From Octopus vulgaris (lineage: Eukaryota), in assembly GCA_951406725.2 (NCBI GenBank), contig OX597816.1:8928001-8992000 (forward strand): a DNA stretch of 64,000 nt. Reading direction: 5' to 3'. A program made the translations under genes and the position numbers. Positions within the stretch are counted from its first letter, which is position 1. The number at the start of each line of letters is the position of its first letter. The notes beneath the pieces are model-generated. The model was given only the letters and a program-made list of their open reading frames with translations. It was not told where the DNA came from and made no database searches. This document shows positions 12,527-26,556 of the stretch, piece by piece.

Positions 12527-12969
12527 CATACATAAATATATACGATGGGCTTCTTTTAGTTTCTGTCTACCAAATCCATTCACAAGGCTTTGGTTGGCCC
12601 AAGGCTATAGTAGAAGACACTTACCCAAGGTGCCACACAGTGGGACTGAACCCAGAACCAAGTGGTTGGTAAGCAAACTACTTACCACACAGCCACACTT
12701 GTGCTTAGCTCCTTACCACACAGCAATGATTTGAATGCAAATTTATATAAACATCTTTATCTTTTTGTCTTTTACTTGTTGCAGTCATTAGACTGGCCAT
12801 GCTGGGGCACATTGCTTTGAAGAAATTTTAGTTAAATGAATTGACTCTAGTATTTATGTTTTTAATTTTAAGCTGAGTGCTTATTCTATTGGTCTCTTTT
12901 TCTGAAATGCTCTGAGTTATAGGAATGTAAACACACCATCAGCAGTTCTCAAACAGTGGTGGGGAACAA

Positions 12970-13001
<32 letters not shown>

Positions 13002-13835
13002 GGCCAGCCCAAGGCTAATGTAGAAGTCACTTGTCCAAAGTACTACACAGTGGGACTGAACCCAGAACTATGTGTTTGAAAAGCAAGCTTCTTATTTCTA
13101 TATTGCCCACAAGGTGATAGATATAGAGGGGAAAAATAAGGACAGACAAAGGGATTAAGTCGATTATATCGACCCCAGTATCTAACAAGTACTTAATTTA
13201 TCGATCCTGAAAGGATGAAAGGCGAAATCGACCTTGACAGAATTTGAACTCAGAAACTAACGGCAGACAAAATACCTATTTCTTTACTACCCACGTAAAA
13301 GCACCATCCATTCGTGTCCGTTGCCAGCCTCACCTGATCCCTGTGCCAGTGGCATGTAAAAGCACCATCTGTTCGTGGCCGTTTGCCAGCTCCGTCTGGC
13401 ACCTGTGCGGGTGGCACGTAAAAGCATCCACTACACTCACGGAGTGGTTGGCATTAGGAAGGGCATCCAGCCATAGAAACACTGCCAGATCAGACTGGGC
13501 CTGATGCAGCCTTCTGGCTTCACAGACCCCAGTTGAACCGTCCAACCCATGCTAGCATGGAAAGCAGGCGCTAAACAATGATGATGATGATGATGATGAT
13601 GAAGAACAAACTCAGAAGGTAGCAGCAGACGAAATACCGCTAAGCATTTTGCCTGGCGTGCTAACATTTCTGCCAGCAAGCTTCTTACCACACAGTCACG
13701 CCTGTGTCTATGGATATGAATGGAAATAAGATAGGAGATAAATTAGCAAATGCAATAAAAGAAAGTGTACAAAGAAAAACAATGGAAAAATTGTCAAATA
13801 TCACAAATTAAATAAACAACAACAACAACAATAGT

Positions 13836-14197
13836 ACCAAGAGCACTTAGAGAGTGTAAACCTCTGCCAAGGCAAGCAATGTCCTCTCAACGATTAGCCA
13901 GAGATGATTTTTAAAATGAGAATATCTGAAATAAAATCGCTCTCACAAACGAGAATACTAAAAATGAATCTGACCGCTATCAAAAATTAAGTAAAAATCA
14001 AGAAAAAATAATCCAGAATCTTTGTCCGGTACCAGATCGATCTCAAGATCTAATCAGTTTGTGCCAGTCATGAGGCCAAACATCCCTGAAAGCTTCATCT
14101 GAATCCATCCAGCGGTTCTTGAGAAATCTTGTCCATGGACAAACAAACTAACACAATGGAAAAACAATACCTCTGCCTTCGCTAAGGCATAGGTAAT
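13836..14197 (-). mobile_element. Helentron/HINE (DINE-1-like) non-autonomous element
   Basis: Minus strand begins TTACCTATGCCTTAGCGAAGGCAGAGGTA (subTIR + IR), has (TGTT)n, and ends CCTTGGCAGAGG + short stem-loop. Confidence 0.6.
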
Positions 14198-15053
14198 AAT
14201 AATATTAGATCCACTCACAAGTATTTAGTTGGCTTGAGGCTGTGGTGGGAGACACTTGCCCAAGGTGTCACACTGTGGGACTGAACCCAAAATCATGTGG
14301 TTGAGGAGCAAGTGTCTTACCATAGAGCCATGCTTGAATCTGTGTGTCATGGCAGATACTGGTGTCATGCAAGTGGCACCCATGCTGGTGGCACATAAAG
14401 GCACCCGTTACACTCTTGGAGTGGTTGGCATTAGGAAAGGCATCCAACTACAGAAAGTCATGCTAAATCAGACTGGAATCTGGTGCAGCCTTCCAGCTTA
14501 CCAATCCTGCTCAAACCGTCCAACCCATGGACAATGGACGTTAAATGATGATGATGATGATGATGAATATCAAGAGTTGAAAAAATATTGGGCATAATTG
14601 AAAGATAAGCTATCAAGTTTTAATCCCCTTTTATCTCAACTAGATTTAAGCATGTTTAAAACACATCAGAAACTAAAGAATGCCAATAAACATAGATTTC
14701 GTTGTCTATGAACAGATCATATTCTTTTAAAAGATATTCTAACATGAACTCACTGTACTGAATCACCTGGGGATCATAGATAAGATCTCCCAATTCTTGG
14801 AAATTACAAAATGATTTCACAAGCATTTAATTATTCTTTATGTCCCTCAAATATTTTCTTTTGTTCTCATGCATACACACACACACACACACATTACATG
14901 ATGCTGGCAGTCTAGTTATGACTGAGGAAGATCATCACTGACCATTTTTATCTTATTTTCTTTTTATTTGTTTCAGTCATTTGACTGGGGCCATGCTGGA
15001 GCACCACCTTTAGTCAAACAAATCGACCCCAGGACTTATTCTTTGTAAGCCTA

Positions 15054-15095
<42 letters not shown>

Positions 15096-15121
15096 TGTAC
15101 ATATATATATATATTTATATT

Positions 15122-15352
15122 AGGGCAGCGAGCTGGCAGAATCGTTATCATGTCGGGTGAAATGCTTAGCGGTATTTCAGCTGCCGTTAAGTTCTGAGTT
15201 CAAATTCCGTCGAGGTCGACTTTGCCTTTCATCCTTTCGGGGTCGATAAATTAAGTACCAGTTAAGCACTGGGGTCGATGTAACCAACTTAAGCCTTTTG
15301 TCTGTCCTTGTTTGTCCCCTCTGTGTTTAGCCCCCTGTGGGCAATAAAGAAA
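15122..15352 (+). mobile_element. SINE family B (Nin-domain-like core), representative; copies at 8950-9362, 19160-19392, 26760-27620, 62065-62296, 63361-63958
   Basis: GCGAGCTGGCAGAA head, GAGTTCAAATTCC B box, GCCTTTCATCCTTTCGGGGTCGATAAA core, AATAAAGAAAT tail. Confidence 0.85.
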
Positions 15353-15770
15353 TATATATATATATTTATATGTATCATGGCACTCTGTTGGTTACGACAA
15401 CGAGGGTTCCAGTTGATCCGATCAACGGAACAACCTGCTCGTGAAATTGATGTGCAAGTGGCTGAGCACTCCACAGACACGTGTACCCTTAACATAGTTC
15501 TCAGGGAGATTCAGCATGACACTGACTGTGACAAAGCTGGCCCTTTGTAATACAGGTACAAGAGAAACAGGAAGCAAAGGCGAGAGAAAGTTGTAGTGAA
15601 AGAGTACAGCAGGGTTCGCCACCCCCACCCCACTGCCAGAGCCTCGTGGAGCCCCTAAATGTTTTTGCTCAATAAACACTCACAACATCTTGTCTGGGAG
15701 TCGAAACCGCGATCCTACAACCACGAGCCTGCTGTCCTAACCACTAGGCCATTGCGCCTCCTTAAAGAAG

Positions 15771-16075
15771 TGGAAGCACATGGTCTAGTGGTTAGAGCAG
15801 CGGATTCACGGTTGAGGGATCGCGGGTTCGAATCTCAAACCGGGTGATGCATGTGTTTATGAGCGAAACACCTAAGCTCCACGTGGCTCCAGCGGAGAGT
15901 AATGGCGAACTTCTGCTGACTTTTTCACCACAACTTTCTCTCACTCTTTCCTCCTGCATCTTGCAGCTTACCTGTGACGGACCGGCATCCCATCCAGGTG
16001 GGGAACCTATACGCCAAGGAAACCAGGAAACCGGTCCTTATGAGCCAGGCATGGCTCGAGAAGGAACAAACAACT
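15771..16075 (+). mobile_element. tRNA-derived SINE family D, representative; relatives at 15365-15760 -, 31330-31550 +, 42075-42225 -, 53250-54090 -, 55675-55915 +, 59900-60210 -
   Basis: TGGTCTAGTGG A box and GGTTCGAATCT B box; relatives share TTGCTCCAGTCCACTCAGCTG. Confidence 0.75.
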
Positions 16076-16099
16076 CCTCAAAGAACATTGTGCATTCAG

Positions 16100-17310
16100 A
16101 CAAATTTATATTTTACACTTGTGGCTCCACAGGTGACTAATAAACCCAGCTCTTGATAAACATACACTTTCACAGATATGGCAGACCATTCTTCCCCCAT
16201 TCACTATACTGGCAATGCATTTTCAAGCAGCTCATTTAAATTCTTCATGGAAACTGCATCTTTTTTTTAAAGTATTCACTCCTTCTTTTACTTGTTTCGT
16301 CTGTTGGTAGTGGCGACGGTTACTGCTTTGTCACTTGACCTCCAATATTTCACATGCCTTCAATGAAAACTTTAGAATGCTAAAAGGGTAAAGACTTCCT
16401 GTGGTCATGAATGACCATGGAATTGTACTTAGAAATTTCCCTTCTGAGGCACAAGTCTGGGCGAGGTTGTTTATGGGAGACCAGCTGTCACCCATGCATA
16501 GCCATCTCACCTCTCCACACCACAGATGTTATCCAAGGGAGAGGCAAAGGTTGATACAGCTTGGCACCAGTGACACCACAAAGCATATCTACAGCTGAGT
16601 GAACTGGAGCAACAGGAAATAAAGTGTCTTGCTCAAGAACACAACACAGCCCAGTCCAGGAATTGAACTTACTACCTCATGACTGTGGGCCAAAAGCTCT
16701 AACCACTGAGCTAAAAAAGTGGGCAAAAGCTTTCACAAAAGGCTTTGGATCCATTGTCCAAATGAATGAATGAAGACTTTACACCACTCCTTAAATTGTA
16801 GTCTTGGTTTCCACTAGGGGTACTCTCCATAAATAAGTACACCATCTGCTAGGGGTCCTCCAATCATTCACTCAAACAAAGTACCCAGTCCAACCTAAAT
16901 GGTACTTGTGTACCGTCACTTCAATGCTCAGGATGTGACTCCCCTCAACACCTCTGTGTCTGGAGTCCATGCAGACTCCAGACAAAGATATGCTCACGAT
17001 ATATCTCAGATACTTCTGACAGAAAAGCTCGAGGGCCCTTATAATGATGCCTGTAATGGGTTCATGTCCCACCTGAGTAAAGAAGAGACATTAATATATA
17101 TGCACAGTACACAGCAACTTTTGTTCACCTTGTGATGCCATATTGGGACCAAATACAAGACTGAAGAGCTGCCCTGAATGAAACTGTACCTTCTGAAGCC
17201 TTTGAAATATTTTACTGTCCAAGGAGCAAGTATTGCTGAGTGTGCTACCCAGGTAGATAAACTTACCTGCCACTTTCGGTACTGTTCCTTCTACTAAGGC
17301 AAATAGTTTC
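16100..17310 (-). pseudogene. RTE-clade LINE 3' remnant, interrupted by a SINE (16385-16711)
   Basis: Decayed KFIYLGSTLS, LGWTG and terminal zinc finger CHICESVCLSRAGFISHLWSH. Confidence 0.7.
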
Positions 17311-18068
17311 TCAGATATAATCATGTAAAACTGTGGTGTCTCACTGATTATCTAGCAGTTGGGTTTCAAATCACCACCATGGGCTCATGCTGCAATAATT
17401 TTTAAAAACATAGTCTTCATGATCATCATTATCATCATCATTTAATGTCTGTTTTCCATGCTGGTATGGATTAGATGATCTAACGGGAGCTGGCAAGCCA
17501 GAGAGCTACACTAGGCTTCAATTACCTGTTTTGGCATGGTTCCTACAGTTTGAAGGCCTTCATAATGCCAACTACTTTACAGAGTGTACTGGAGACTTTT
17601 TATGTTGCACCAGCACCAGTGCTTTATACAAAGCACCAGCATGGGTGCTTTATATGTGGCACCAGCAGAGGTGCTTTTTACGTTGAACCAGTACCGGTGG
17701 ATTTTATATGACACCAGTAAAGGTGAAAAAAAAAAAAAAAAAGAAATTAAAATAAAAAAATTGATATTTATTGCATGGTTGATGTGTGAAGCAAAGATGT
17801 GAAATAAACAAAATTTTAGATCAGTTCTAATATGACTGGGGCATATTTGACTTGCAAAAAGGCCCTTTTCACTGTAGTTTGCCATGGAGAAAAATTCTTG
17901 CTTTAGGCTAAAGATGTAAAGCACCAAAGCCATTTTGAAGTCCCCCCCCTCTCCCATGGACTGGTATAAGCAAACCAAAATGAAAATGGCCTCTTTACAA
18001 GTCAAATATCCTAATACATTTCTGAACTCATCTAAAAGTTTGATTAATATTTGAATAAAATGCCTTAC

Positions 18069-18281
18069 CATTCCTTGAAAAATAATTCTCCTCACAAATA
18101 AAATGTTGTTTTGAATAAGTTCCTTGACTATCTAAATGATCTCCATGTGCAACAACTTTTTGATCTTCACTGAAGTCTATAAACCATCGGCTCTTTTTTA
18201 TCGGAATCCTCCATGTTGGATATTTCCAGTACCAGTGATGTTGAAACTGAATTCCACCAACCCAGAATCTAGCAATTGATG
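18069..18281 (-). CDS. C-type lectin-like domain exon, C-terminal half: (S)SIARFWVGGIQFQHHWYWKYPTWRIPIKKSRWFIDFSEDQKVVAHGDHLDSQGTYSKQHFICEENYFSRN
   Basis: TTTTTAATTATAG acceptor, ATG|GTAAGG donor, 213 nt, phase 1-1, in frame with the previous exon; FWVG (WIGL-like), W-x-W and FICE motifs. Confidence 0.88.
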
Positions 18282-18527
18282 CTATAATTAAAAATGAAGA
18301 ATTAATGATTGTATCAAACTGTATTTCACCTGTTATTCTGGATCATCTAAATTAAAATGGAATAAAATACATTAAAATCACAAAATAAAATTACACAGGA
18401 AAAAAATTATTCTAAACCTCATGGATTCATTTGCTGTTGTTTAGCCCCAGGCAAGCCTTGATTGAGTAGACCTATAAGAAAAGGTAGTAGTCTAGTTGAG
18501 ACTATATCATCTTTTATTCACATATAG

Positions 18528-18928
18528 GCGCAGAAGTGGCTGTGTGGTAAGTAACTTGTTTTCCAATCACATGGTTCCGGGTTCAGTCCCACTGCGTGGC
18601 ACCTTGGGCAAGTGTCTTCTACTATAGCCTTGGGCCAACCAAAGCCTTGTGAGTAGATTTGGTAGACGGAAATGGAAAGAAGCCTATCGTATATATGTAT
18701 ATATATATATGTGTGTGTGTGTGTTTGTCCCCTAGCATTGCTTGACAACCGATGCTGGTGTGTTTATGTCCCTGTTACTTAGCGGTTTGGCAAAAGAGAC
18801 CAATAGAATAAGTACTGGGCTTACAAAGAATAAGTCCCGGGTTCGAGTTGCTCGATTAAAGGCGGTGCTCCAGCATGGCCGCGGTCAGATGACTGAAACA
18901 AGTAAAAGAGTAAAAGAGTAAAAGAGAA
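18528..18928 (+). mobile_element. tRNA-derived SINE family A, full-length representative; about 20 copies or fragments in the window (e.g. 635-1250, 12240-12700, 19771-20262, 22170-22572, 29119-29520, 37178-37540, 50222-50612, 61610-62040, 62445-62815)
   Basis: A box TGGCTGTGTGG, B box GGTTCAGTCC, CCTTGGGCAAG core, internal (TA)/(TG) microsatellite, (GTAAAAGA)n tail. Confidence 0.9.
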
Positions 18929-19933
18929 GAAAAAAATTATTCTAAACCTCATGTATTCATTTGTTGTTGTTTAGCCCCAGGCAAGCCTTGATTGAGTAGA
19001 CCTATGGGAAAAGGTTGTAGTCTAGTTGAGACTATATCATCTTTTATTCACATATAGTCTATCGCTTGCTTTCTTATACCATAAGGATTTGCTGTGGTGT
19101 CCCAACAACCCCATCTTTATCTTCATCCCAGTTACTCCTACCCATCCTTATATAATACGTATTTCTTTACTACCCACAAGGGGTCAAACACAGGGAGGAC
19201 AAACAAGGACAGACAAATGGATTAAGTCGATTATACCACCCCCAGTGTGTAACTGGTACTTAATTTATCAACCCCGAAAGGATGAAAGGCAAAGTCGACC
19301 TTGGTGGAATTTGAACTCAGAACGTAACGGCAGATGAAATACGGCTACACATTTCGCCCGGCGTGCTAACGTTTCTGCCAGTTCGCCGCCTTACATCCTT
19401 GTATAATACGGTAAGGATAGCCATATATCTTCTCTGTAGCAAGACACCTTATTATACTTCGACCTCTTAACACATGGCATAAAGTCCTCTCCCCCACTCA
19501 AATAGTAACCCCGCCCCCACTTAGTCTTCCTTTTCCTTTTCTTTTCTTTTTTTTTTCTTCCTTGTTCTTTTCTGACCTGCAAGTTGATTGATGGCCTCAC
19601 TAGTGCTGTAAAAAGCACCCAGTATGCACTGTAAAGGGGTTGGTATTAGAAAGGGCATCCAGTCATAGAAACCATGCCATACTGACACTAGAGCTCAGCA
19701 CATCCCCACTTTCATTGGATCCTCTCAAGTTGTTCAACCTTTGCCAACATAAAAAAAAAAACAGACGTATAGGCGCAGGAGTGGCTGTGTGGTAAGTAGC
19801 TTGCTTACCAACCACATGGTTCCGGGTTCAGTTCCACTGTGTGGCACCTTGGGCAAGTGTCTTCTACTATAGCCTCAGGCCAACCAAAGCCTTGTGAGTG
19901 GATTTGGTAGACGGAAACTGAAAGAAGCCCATC

Positions 19934-20037
<104 letters not shown>

Positions 20038-20345
20038 GTCTGTGTGTGTGTATATATGTATGTATATGTGTGTATATGTTTGTGTGCCTCTGTTTGTCCC
20101 CCACCCCACCCAACATCGCTTGACAACCGATGCTGGTGTGTTTATGTCCCTGGTACTTAGCGGTTTGGCAAAAGAGACCGATAGAATAAGTACTAAGCTT
20201 ACAAAGAAGAAGTCCTGGGGTCGATTTGCTTGACTAAAAGCAGTGCTCCACCATGGCCGCAGTCGGTCTTTCGTCATTGCCTCTTGGAGACCCAATGTTC
20301 AAAGGTCAGGCTTGACCACCTCATCCCATATCTTTCTGTGTCTAC

Positions 20346-20453
<108 letters not shown>

Positions 20454-21870
20454 GTGTATGTGTGTATGTAGGTATATATTTGTGTGTCTGCTTGTCCCCT
20501 CAACATCGCTTGACAACTGATGCTGGTGCGTTTACATCCCCATAACTTAGTAACGAATAGAATAAGTACTAGGCTTACAAAGAATAAGTTCTGGAGTCAA
20601 TTTGCTTGACTAAAGGCGGTGCTCCAGCATGACCACAGTCAAACGACTTAAACAAATAAAAGAACAAGCGAATAAAATATGCAAAGACATTTATATAAAA
20701 AGATTTAAAACTGAAGAAGTTATTCTTCAAAATCCTATTAAAAACTGGGAGGGAGGGAAGAAGTGCTTCTCAGAAACCAGGCAACTGGTCTGACAGCTTA
20801 AAACGGAATGGATTCCAGCCCCAAGTGGTGGTGCCAAAGTGTTAAAATGACTGATGGATTAAGCCTACCACTGAGATTAAAGCTGAGATTTAAGAAGCAT
20901 GTTTCTATTTAGAAATACAAAAATAGAAGTAAGAAATGTCTTGGGAATTCAACGGAGGATTAAAAATTGCCCAAAGACTCAGAAATATCCAGAAAGACAC
21001 AAAGAAATTTCTGAAGAGAAATCATAAAACTGAAGTTGCTATTTTAAATTCCAAACACTAACATGAACTGTAAGTCTAATCATGTTGCTATGGCAACCAG
21101 GTTTTCTGTAGATGCTTGCAGCTGATTAAACATTTAACGAGCAAGTTGTAAGAATATTTTAGTTAAACTCTGTTTATTATGATAAATAATTAAAACTATA
21201 TATATATATCTTTTCTCTTTTAACTTTTAATTGATAGTCATTAGTCTGCGGCCATGCTGGGGCCATGCTGGGGCCATGCTGGGGCAATGCTGGGGCAATG
21301 CTGGGGCCATGCTGGGGCAATGCTGGGGCCCTGCCTTGAAAAATTTTTTGGGGGTTGAATGAATTGACCCCAGTACTTATTTCTTTTTAAAGCTTGGTAC
21401 TTATTCTATCAGTCTCATTTGCCGAACTGCTAAGTTATGCAGATGTAAACACACAAACAGCAGTTGTCAAGTGGTGGTGGGGGACAAACACAGACATAGA
21501 CACACACTGACACACAGACATACACACACGCACACACACACACACACACACACATGCAGATATACATACATACATATGACAGGCTTCTTTCAGTTTCCAT
21601 CTCCCAGATCCACTCACAGAGCTTTGGTCGGACTGAGGCTATAGCAGAAGACACTTGGCCAAGGTGCCATGCAGTGGGACTGAACTTGGAACCATGTCGT
21701 TGGAAAGCAAACTTCTTATAACACAGTCATGCCGGTGTCTATATAAATAAATTTTTTTAACCTACCCTCCTTCTTACCAACCTATGAACATTGTATAAGA
21801 AATATTATTGAACACTTATCAGGATCAATAAATTAAAATACTAAGGAGAGCTGATTAGTAGAACTGTTAA

Positions 21871-22091
21871 CCCTTTCGTTACCAACCCGGCTGAAACCAG
21901 CTCTGGCTCTGAGTACAAATGTCTTGTTTTCATAAGTTTGGAATTAAAATCTTCCACCAAACCTTAGTCACAATCTATGTTCCTAATACTAGCTTAATGA
22001 TAACTAAATTATTTTACTAAATTCTTTGTTTATATTTAAAGTAATTGAAAGAAACACAGAGCATCTCAAAATAAATACAGTAAGAAAAGGG
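21871..22091. mobile_element. piggyBac-type MITE
   Basis: TTAA TSD, CCCTTT/AAAGGG ends; reverse complement of 11362-11581. Confidence 0.82.
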
Positions 22092-23824
22092 TTAAAGTCT
22101 CAGATTAGACACTTTGCAGTGTTTCACCTGATCCTCTGCATTCTAAATACAGGCATCCCTCAACATATACTCTTTTACTCTTTTACTTATTTCAGTCATT
22201 TGACTGCAGCCATGCTGGAGCACCACCTTTAATCGAGCAACTCGACCCCGGGACTTATTCTTTTGTAAGCTCAGTACTTATTCTATCGGTCTCTTTTTGC
22301 CGAACCGCTAAGTGACGGGGACGTAAACACACCAGCATCGGTTGTCAAGCAATGCTAGGGAGACAAACACAAACACACACACACACACACATATATATAC
22401 ATATATACGACAGGCTTCTTTCAGTTTCCGTCTACCAAATCCACTCACAAGGCATTGGTCGGCCTGGGGCTATAGCAGAAGACACTTGCCCAAGATGCCA
22501 CGCAGTGGGACTGAACCCGAAACCATGTGGTTGGTTAGCAAGCTACTTACCACACAGCCACTCCTACGCCTATATGTCGTTTTTATCTTGACATTGTTTC
22601 TTTTTTCATTTTTTTATATAAAATAAACCTCTACTTTAGTTGATTTATCTGACTTGACGTTAGTCTTAACAAACATATTTAAAAGCATAAACATTTAAAA
22701 AGAACATCTAAAACCCAATACTAAAGTGGAAAATCTCATAGAATACATGTGAAAATATGTAGAAACCATTTCTTAAAAAAGACATAAACTAATAAAGTTT
22801 TTAAAATGATTTTACATGTTGCATTGTTTTGTAACTCAAGTATTCAGACCACTTACTTATTGAATTACTTTTGAATTCCATATGTCTAACACTTATGGAC
22901 AGGCTTACAAAATCAAAGCACAGCACAGCACCCATGGCTTTCAGAAATATTTTTCACACTCAGAATTGCTGAACCATGGAATAAACTACCAGCATCAATT
23001 GTTAGCTGTCGAGACACTACATCATCATCATCATCATCATCGTTTAATGTCTGCTTTCCATGCTAGCATGGGTTGGACAATTTGACTGAACCAGATGGCT
23101 ACACCAGGCTCCAATCTGATCTGGCAGAGTTTCTACAGCTGGATGCCCTTCCTAACGCCAACAACTTAGAGAGTGTAGTGGGTGCTTATAAAGTGCCACC
23201 GGCACGAGGACCAGTCTGGCGGTATTGGCAACGGCCACGCTCGAAAATGTTGTTTTTTACGTGCCACCTGCACAGGAGTCACTCCAGCAGCACTGGCAAT
23301 GATCTTGCTCGAATGTTTTGTTCACGTGCCACCAGCACAAGTGCCAGTGAGGTGACGCTGACAACGATCACGCTCAAATGGTGCTCTTTACGTGACACTG
23401 GCACGATGATATTTTCAGCTGCTCAGGCAGTGATCCCGCTTGGATGGAGCTGCTAGCGCTCCACTGGCATGGGTGCCAGTCATCGGATTTGGTTCAAAAC
23501 TTCCATGCTTCCTGATGCTCCCCCACCCTCGTTTCTTCTTCCTTTTTTTTCTTTTTTAATCTAAGACTTATTCACTCTCTCTTTACCCTCTTTTATTTGT
23601 TTCAGTCATTTGACTGTGGCCATGCTGGAGTACCGCCTTTAATCGAGCAAATCGACCCCAGGACTTATTCTTTGTAAGCCTAGTACTTATTCTATCAGGC
23701 TCTTTTGCCGAACTGCTAAGTTACAGGGATGTAAATACACCAGCATCGGTTGTCAAGCAATGTTGGTGGGGACAAACACAGACACACAAACACATACACA
23801 CACATACATACATATATATACATA

Positions 23825-25421
23825 CTAGCATTATGACCCATCATTGCCGGGTTATAGTGCTAGTGCATATATATATGTGTATATATATGTGTACATATTA
23901 CATGTACATCTATATATATACATCTATACATAAAATACAAAATACAAAGTTATATCTTGATATCACTAGTGATAACAATACTCAAAATATATAACAGACT
24001 GGAATTGTAGGCCCGTCTCTTGCAATTTTGATCAATTGTATCTTGTCCTCCCTCTTGTATAGAAGTGTAGCTACAATCCAGCCTACCTCTACTTCTGGGG
24101 GGACATTTCTAATTTTTATCCAGGACGTCCTACGTCCCAGATATAAAGGTAAAAATAAAATATTTCCACTTTGCAAGGTTCGAGTCGAGTACTCCCTTGC
24201 ATGCTCTGTTGACTCAAACCTTGCTTCTATTGTGGCGAATTTACCACCTATGGTTAGATATCTTTCATAGTCACACCAAGACACTTTTCGATGGTGCTTT
24301 CCTCCAGGTGTTCAAATCTTTTTTTTTTCTCTACATTGTATACTTTATAGACAATAGTCTTTTCTTTAATTTAATTTTTTATTTTGTTTAGTGGTGTTAT
24401 CCTAGATTCACCGTCTTTGTCAGTGATCAATCCAAAATAGGTTTGTATTTCTTCCATTTTAATTTTAATGAGTTCGTGCCCACCGACGGCTGCAGCAAAA
24501 TTCATTTTTGGACTTTCTTCTATCGAAAGCATTCTAACAAAAATGCTTCCGCGTAAATGGTGAAAATATTGTCAATTTCCCCAAACAGGGACACAATTCA
24601 ATTTTTAAACAATAACCAAAGCTCCTTCTCCCAAAGGGGGAGGGTTACAATTATTTAACAAATGCAACACAATAACGTTTCCTTTACGAGGAACCAACAA
24701 ACATGATAACAATAGTTAAACAGTAATAATAATAACAAACCTTACGGTGAATCAAAATGCAGTACACAGTTGAAGCTATAGTCCTTTATGTATAAGAAAT
24801 AAACTAACAGCAGTACTCAGTAGAAGCGGCTGTTCGAGAAAACAGACATTACATACAGCCAAACTTCGTATAAATACTTAATGCTAGCTAATTAGCAGAT
24901 AATCTAATGTAAAAGCCATGGTAAACGGTATGTGCACAGCTCCATCTGGACTATTCCATTTCTGCACGCTAATTTTATTTTTAATTTATTCCCATTCATG
25001 TGAAACCACTTATTCAAGTTCAAGTCATTGATGCAATTTTATACCAATTGCTATTTTTACTTTTGTTATGTTACGATTATATTATACTTTAGTTTGATTT
25101 TAATTATTACTTACTACATATAATTCAATTGTTATTATTATCTCTAATTTTTATTGTTAAAGTGAAAGTATCTGACATAAAATAGAGAAATGTTTTTGTT
25201 TCACTTTTAACACGTAATACTGAAATAGTGGAGAAGATATGATATTGCTATGGACTCGCCCTAGGCAAAAAGTTGAACATTTTTTTTGCCCATGAAACTA
25301 CATGGACCCTAAGTAAGGCATGTGTAAAATTTGAATGGAATTGGTTGTGTAGTTCTCAAGTTTTAGGGAAACACACAGACAGACAGACAGACACACATTC
25401 TCAGTTTTATATATATAGAGA
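23825..25421 (-). mobile_element. Non-autonomous Helitron inserted into the microsatellite of a SINE
   Basis: Minus strand starts TCTCTATATATATAAAA followed by (GTCT)n and ends with a short hairpin + CTAG; inserted A|T with no TSD; host SINE halves at about 23575-23824 and 25422-25590. Confidence 0.78.
23990..24532 (-). pseudogene. Decayed LINE ORF1-like (gag/RRM-type) 5' fragment inside the Helitron
   Basis: MLSIEESPKMNFAAAVGG..EKTIVYKVY..RYLTIGGKFATIEARF..FLPLYLGRRTSWIKIRNVPPEV with a stop and a frameshift. Confidence 0.5.
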
Positions 25422-25762
25422 TATACAACAGGCTTCTTTCAGTTTCCATCTACCAAATCCACTCACAAGGCTTTGGTCGGCCCGAGGCTATAGTAGAAGA
25501 CACTTGCCCAAGGTGCCACGCAGTGGGACTGAACCCGGAACCATGTGGTTCATAAGCAAGCTACTTACCACACAGCCACTCCTATGCCTGTTCACTTCCT
25601 GTGCATATTTTATGTACTGTTCATACATTTTTTTTTTCTGATGAGTTTTAGTGCCCCTGAGCAGCACTGTGTACAATAAGTTCATTCCTTGATTTAAGAC
25701 CAACCTCTTCATCATCCCTAAATTCTCGCTCTTCAAATTTTACCAAAAATTTCAATACTTAC

Positions 25763-25945
25763 ATTTCACTCTGTCTACTAACCAGTTATGTTCATCTTTT
25801 GTCAGTAACTGGACCAGGTTTTGACCATTTTGGGCACACACCATTGTAGCTATTTTCCAGGTAGTGCTACTGTAGCAGCGATACACCTTGCCGAGCAGAA
25901 GGTTATTCAGAGTCTTTTGAAGTTTCAAAGAATAAGGATGCAAGC
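25763..25945 (-). CDS. C-type lectin-like domain exon, N-terminal half: (G)LHPYSLKLQKTLNNLLLGKVYRCYSSTTWKIATMVCAQNGQNLVQLLTKDEHNWLVDRVK
   Basis: Pyrimidine tract + TGTCAG acceptor, AAT|GTAAGT donor, 183 nt, phase 1-1, no stops; CTLD pattern TW-x2-A-x3-C-x3-G-x-NLV-x-L-x-T-x-DE-x2-WL. Confidence 0.88.
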
Positions 25946-26502
25946 CTGACAATAAAAATAATAATAATAATAACAACAACAACAATAATCATAATAATAA
26001 TAGAAGTGTTATCATGTACATTGTTTTGGCTTGGTATAAATGATGGGCTACAGCAAATTTTTTGCTCAATACCACAGATTTGCTTGTCAGTTGCTTGACC
26101 TTAACCAGTTGACCATGTCCCTTAGTGGCTGATGATATGTGCATCTCTGATCATGAGCAGAAGTAGTGGGGGAGCATCTTAGCCATGTGTTGAAAGGAAT
26201 TCCTAGAGGTCTGGATAATTCATCATTGGAAACATGGGTGTTTCATCCAACATCCTTAAACAACCCGTATTCAGGGACCTTTTGAGCAGGATGGACTACT
26301 CAATCAGAAGAAAATTCTAATTGGGCCCCACCTGCAAGGTCATGCGCTGTTTATCTTGATATGAGATCACCATGCCATGCACATATGGTTGTGATGCATG
26401 TGCCTGGTGTACCCTTATCAGACGGGTAGTCATGATGGGTATACTGGGCTTTGTATATTTTACCCCAGTGTCACTTTGATGGCATGCACTACTCTCTCAC
26501 TC

Positions 26503-26556
<54 letters not shown>

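Noticed and set aside
15771-15845. Genuine tRNA gene (also other A/B-box hits)
   Set aside because: Continues into a SINE body without a clean acceptor stem or T-run terminator.
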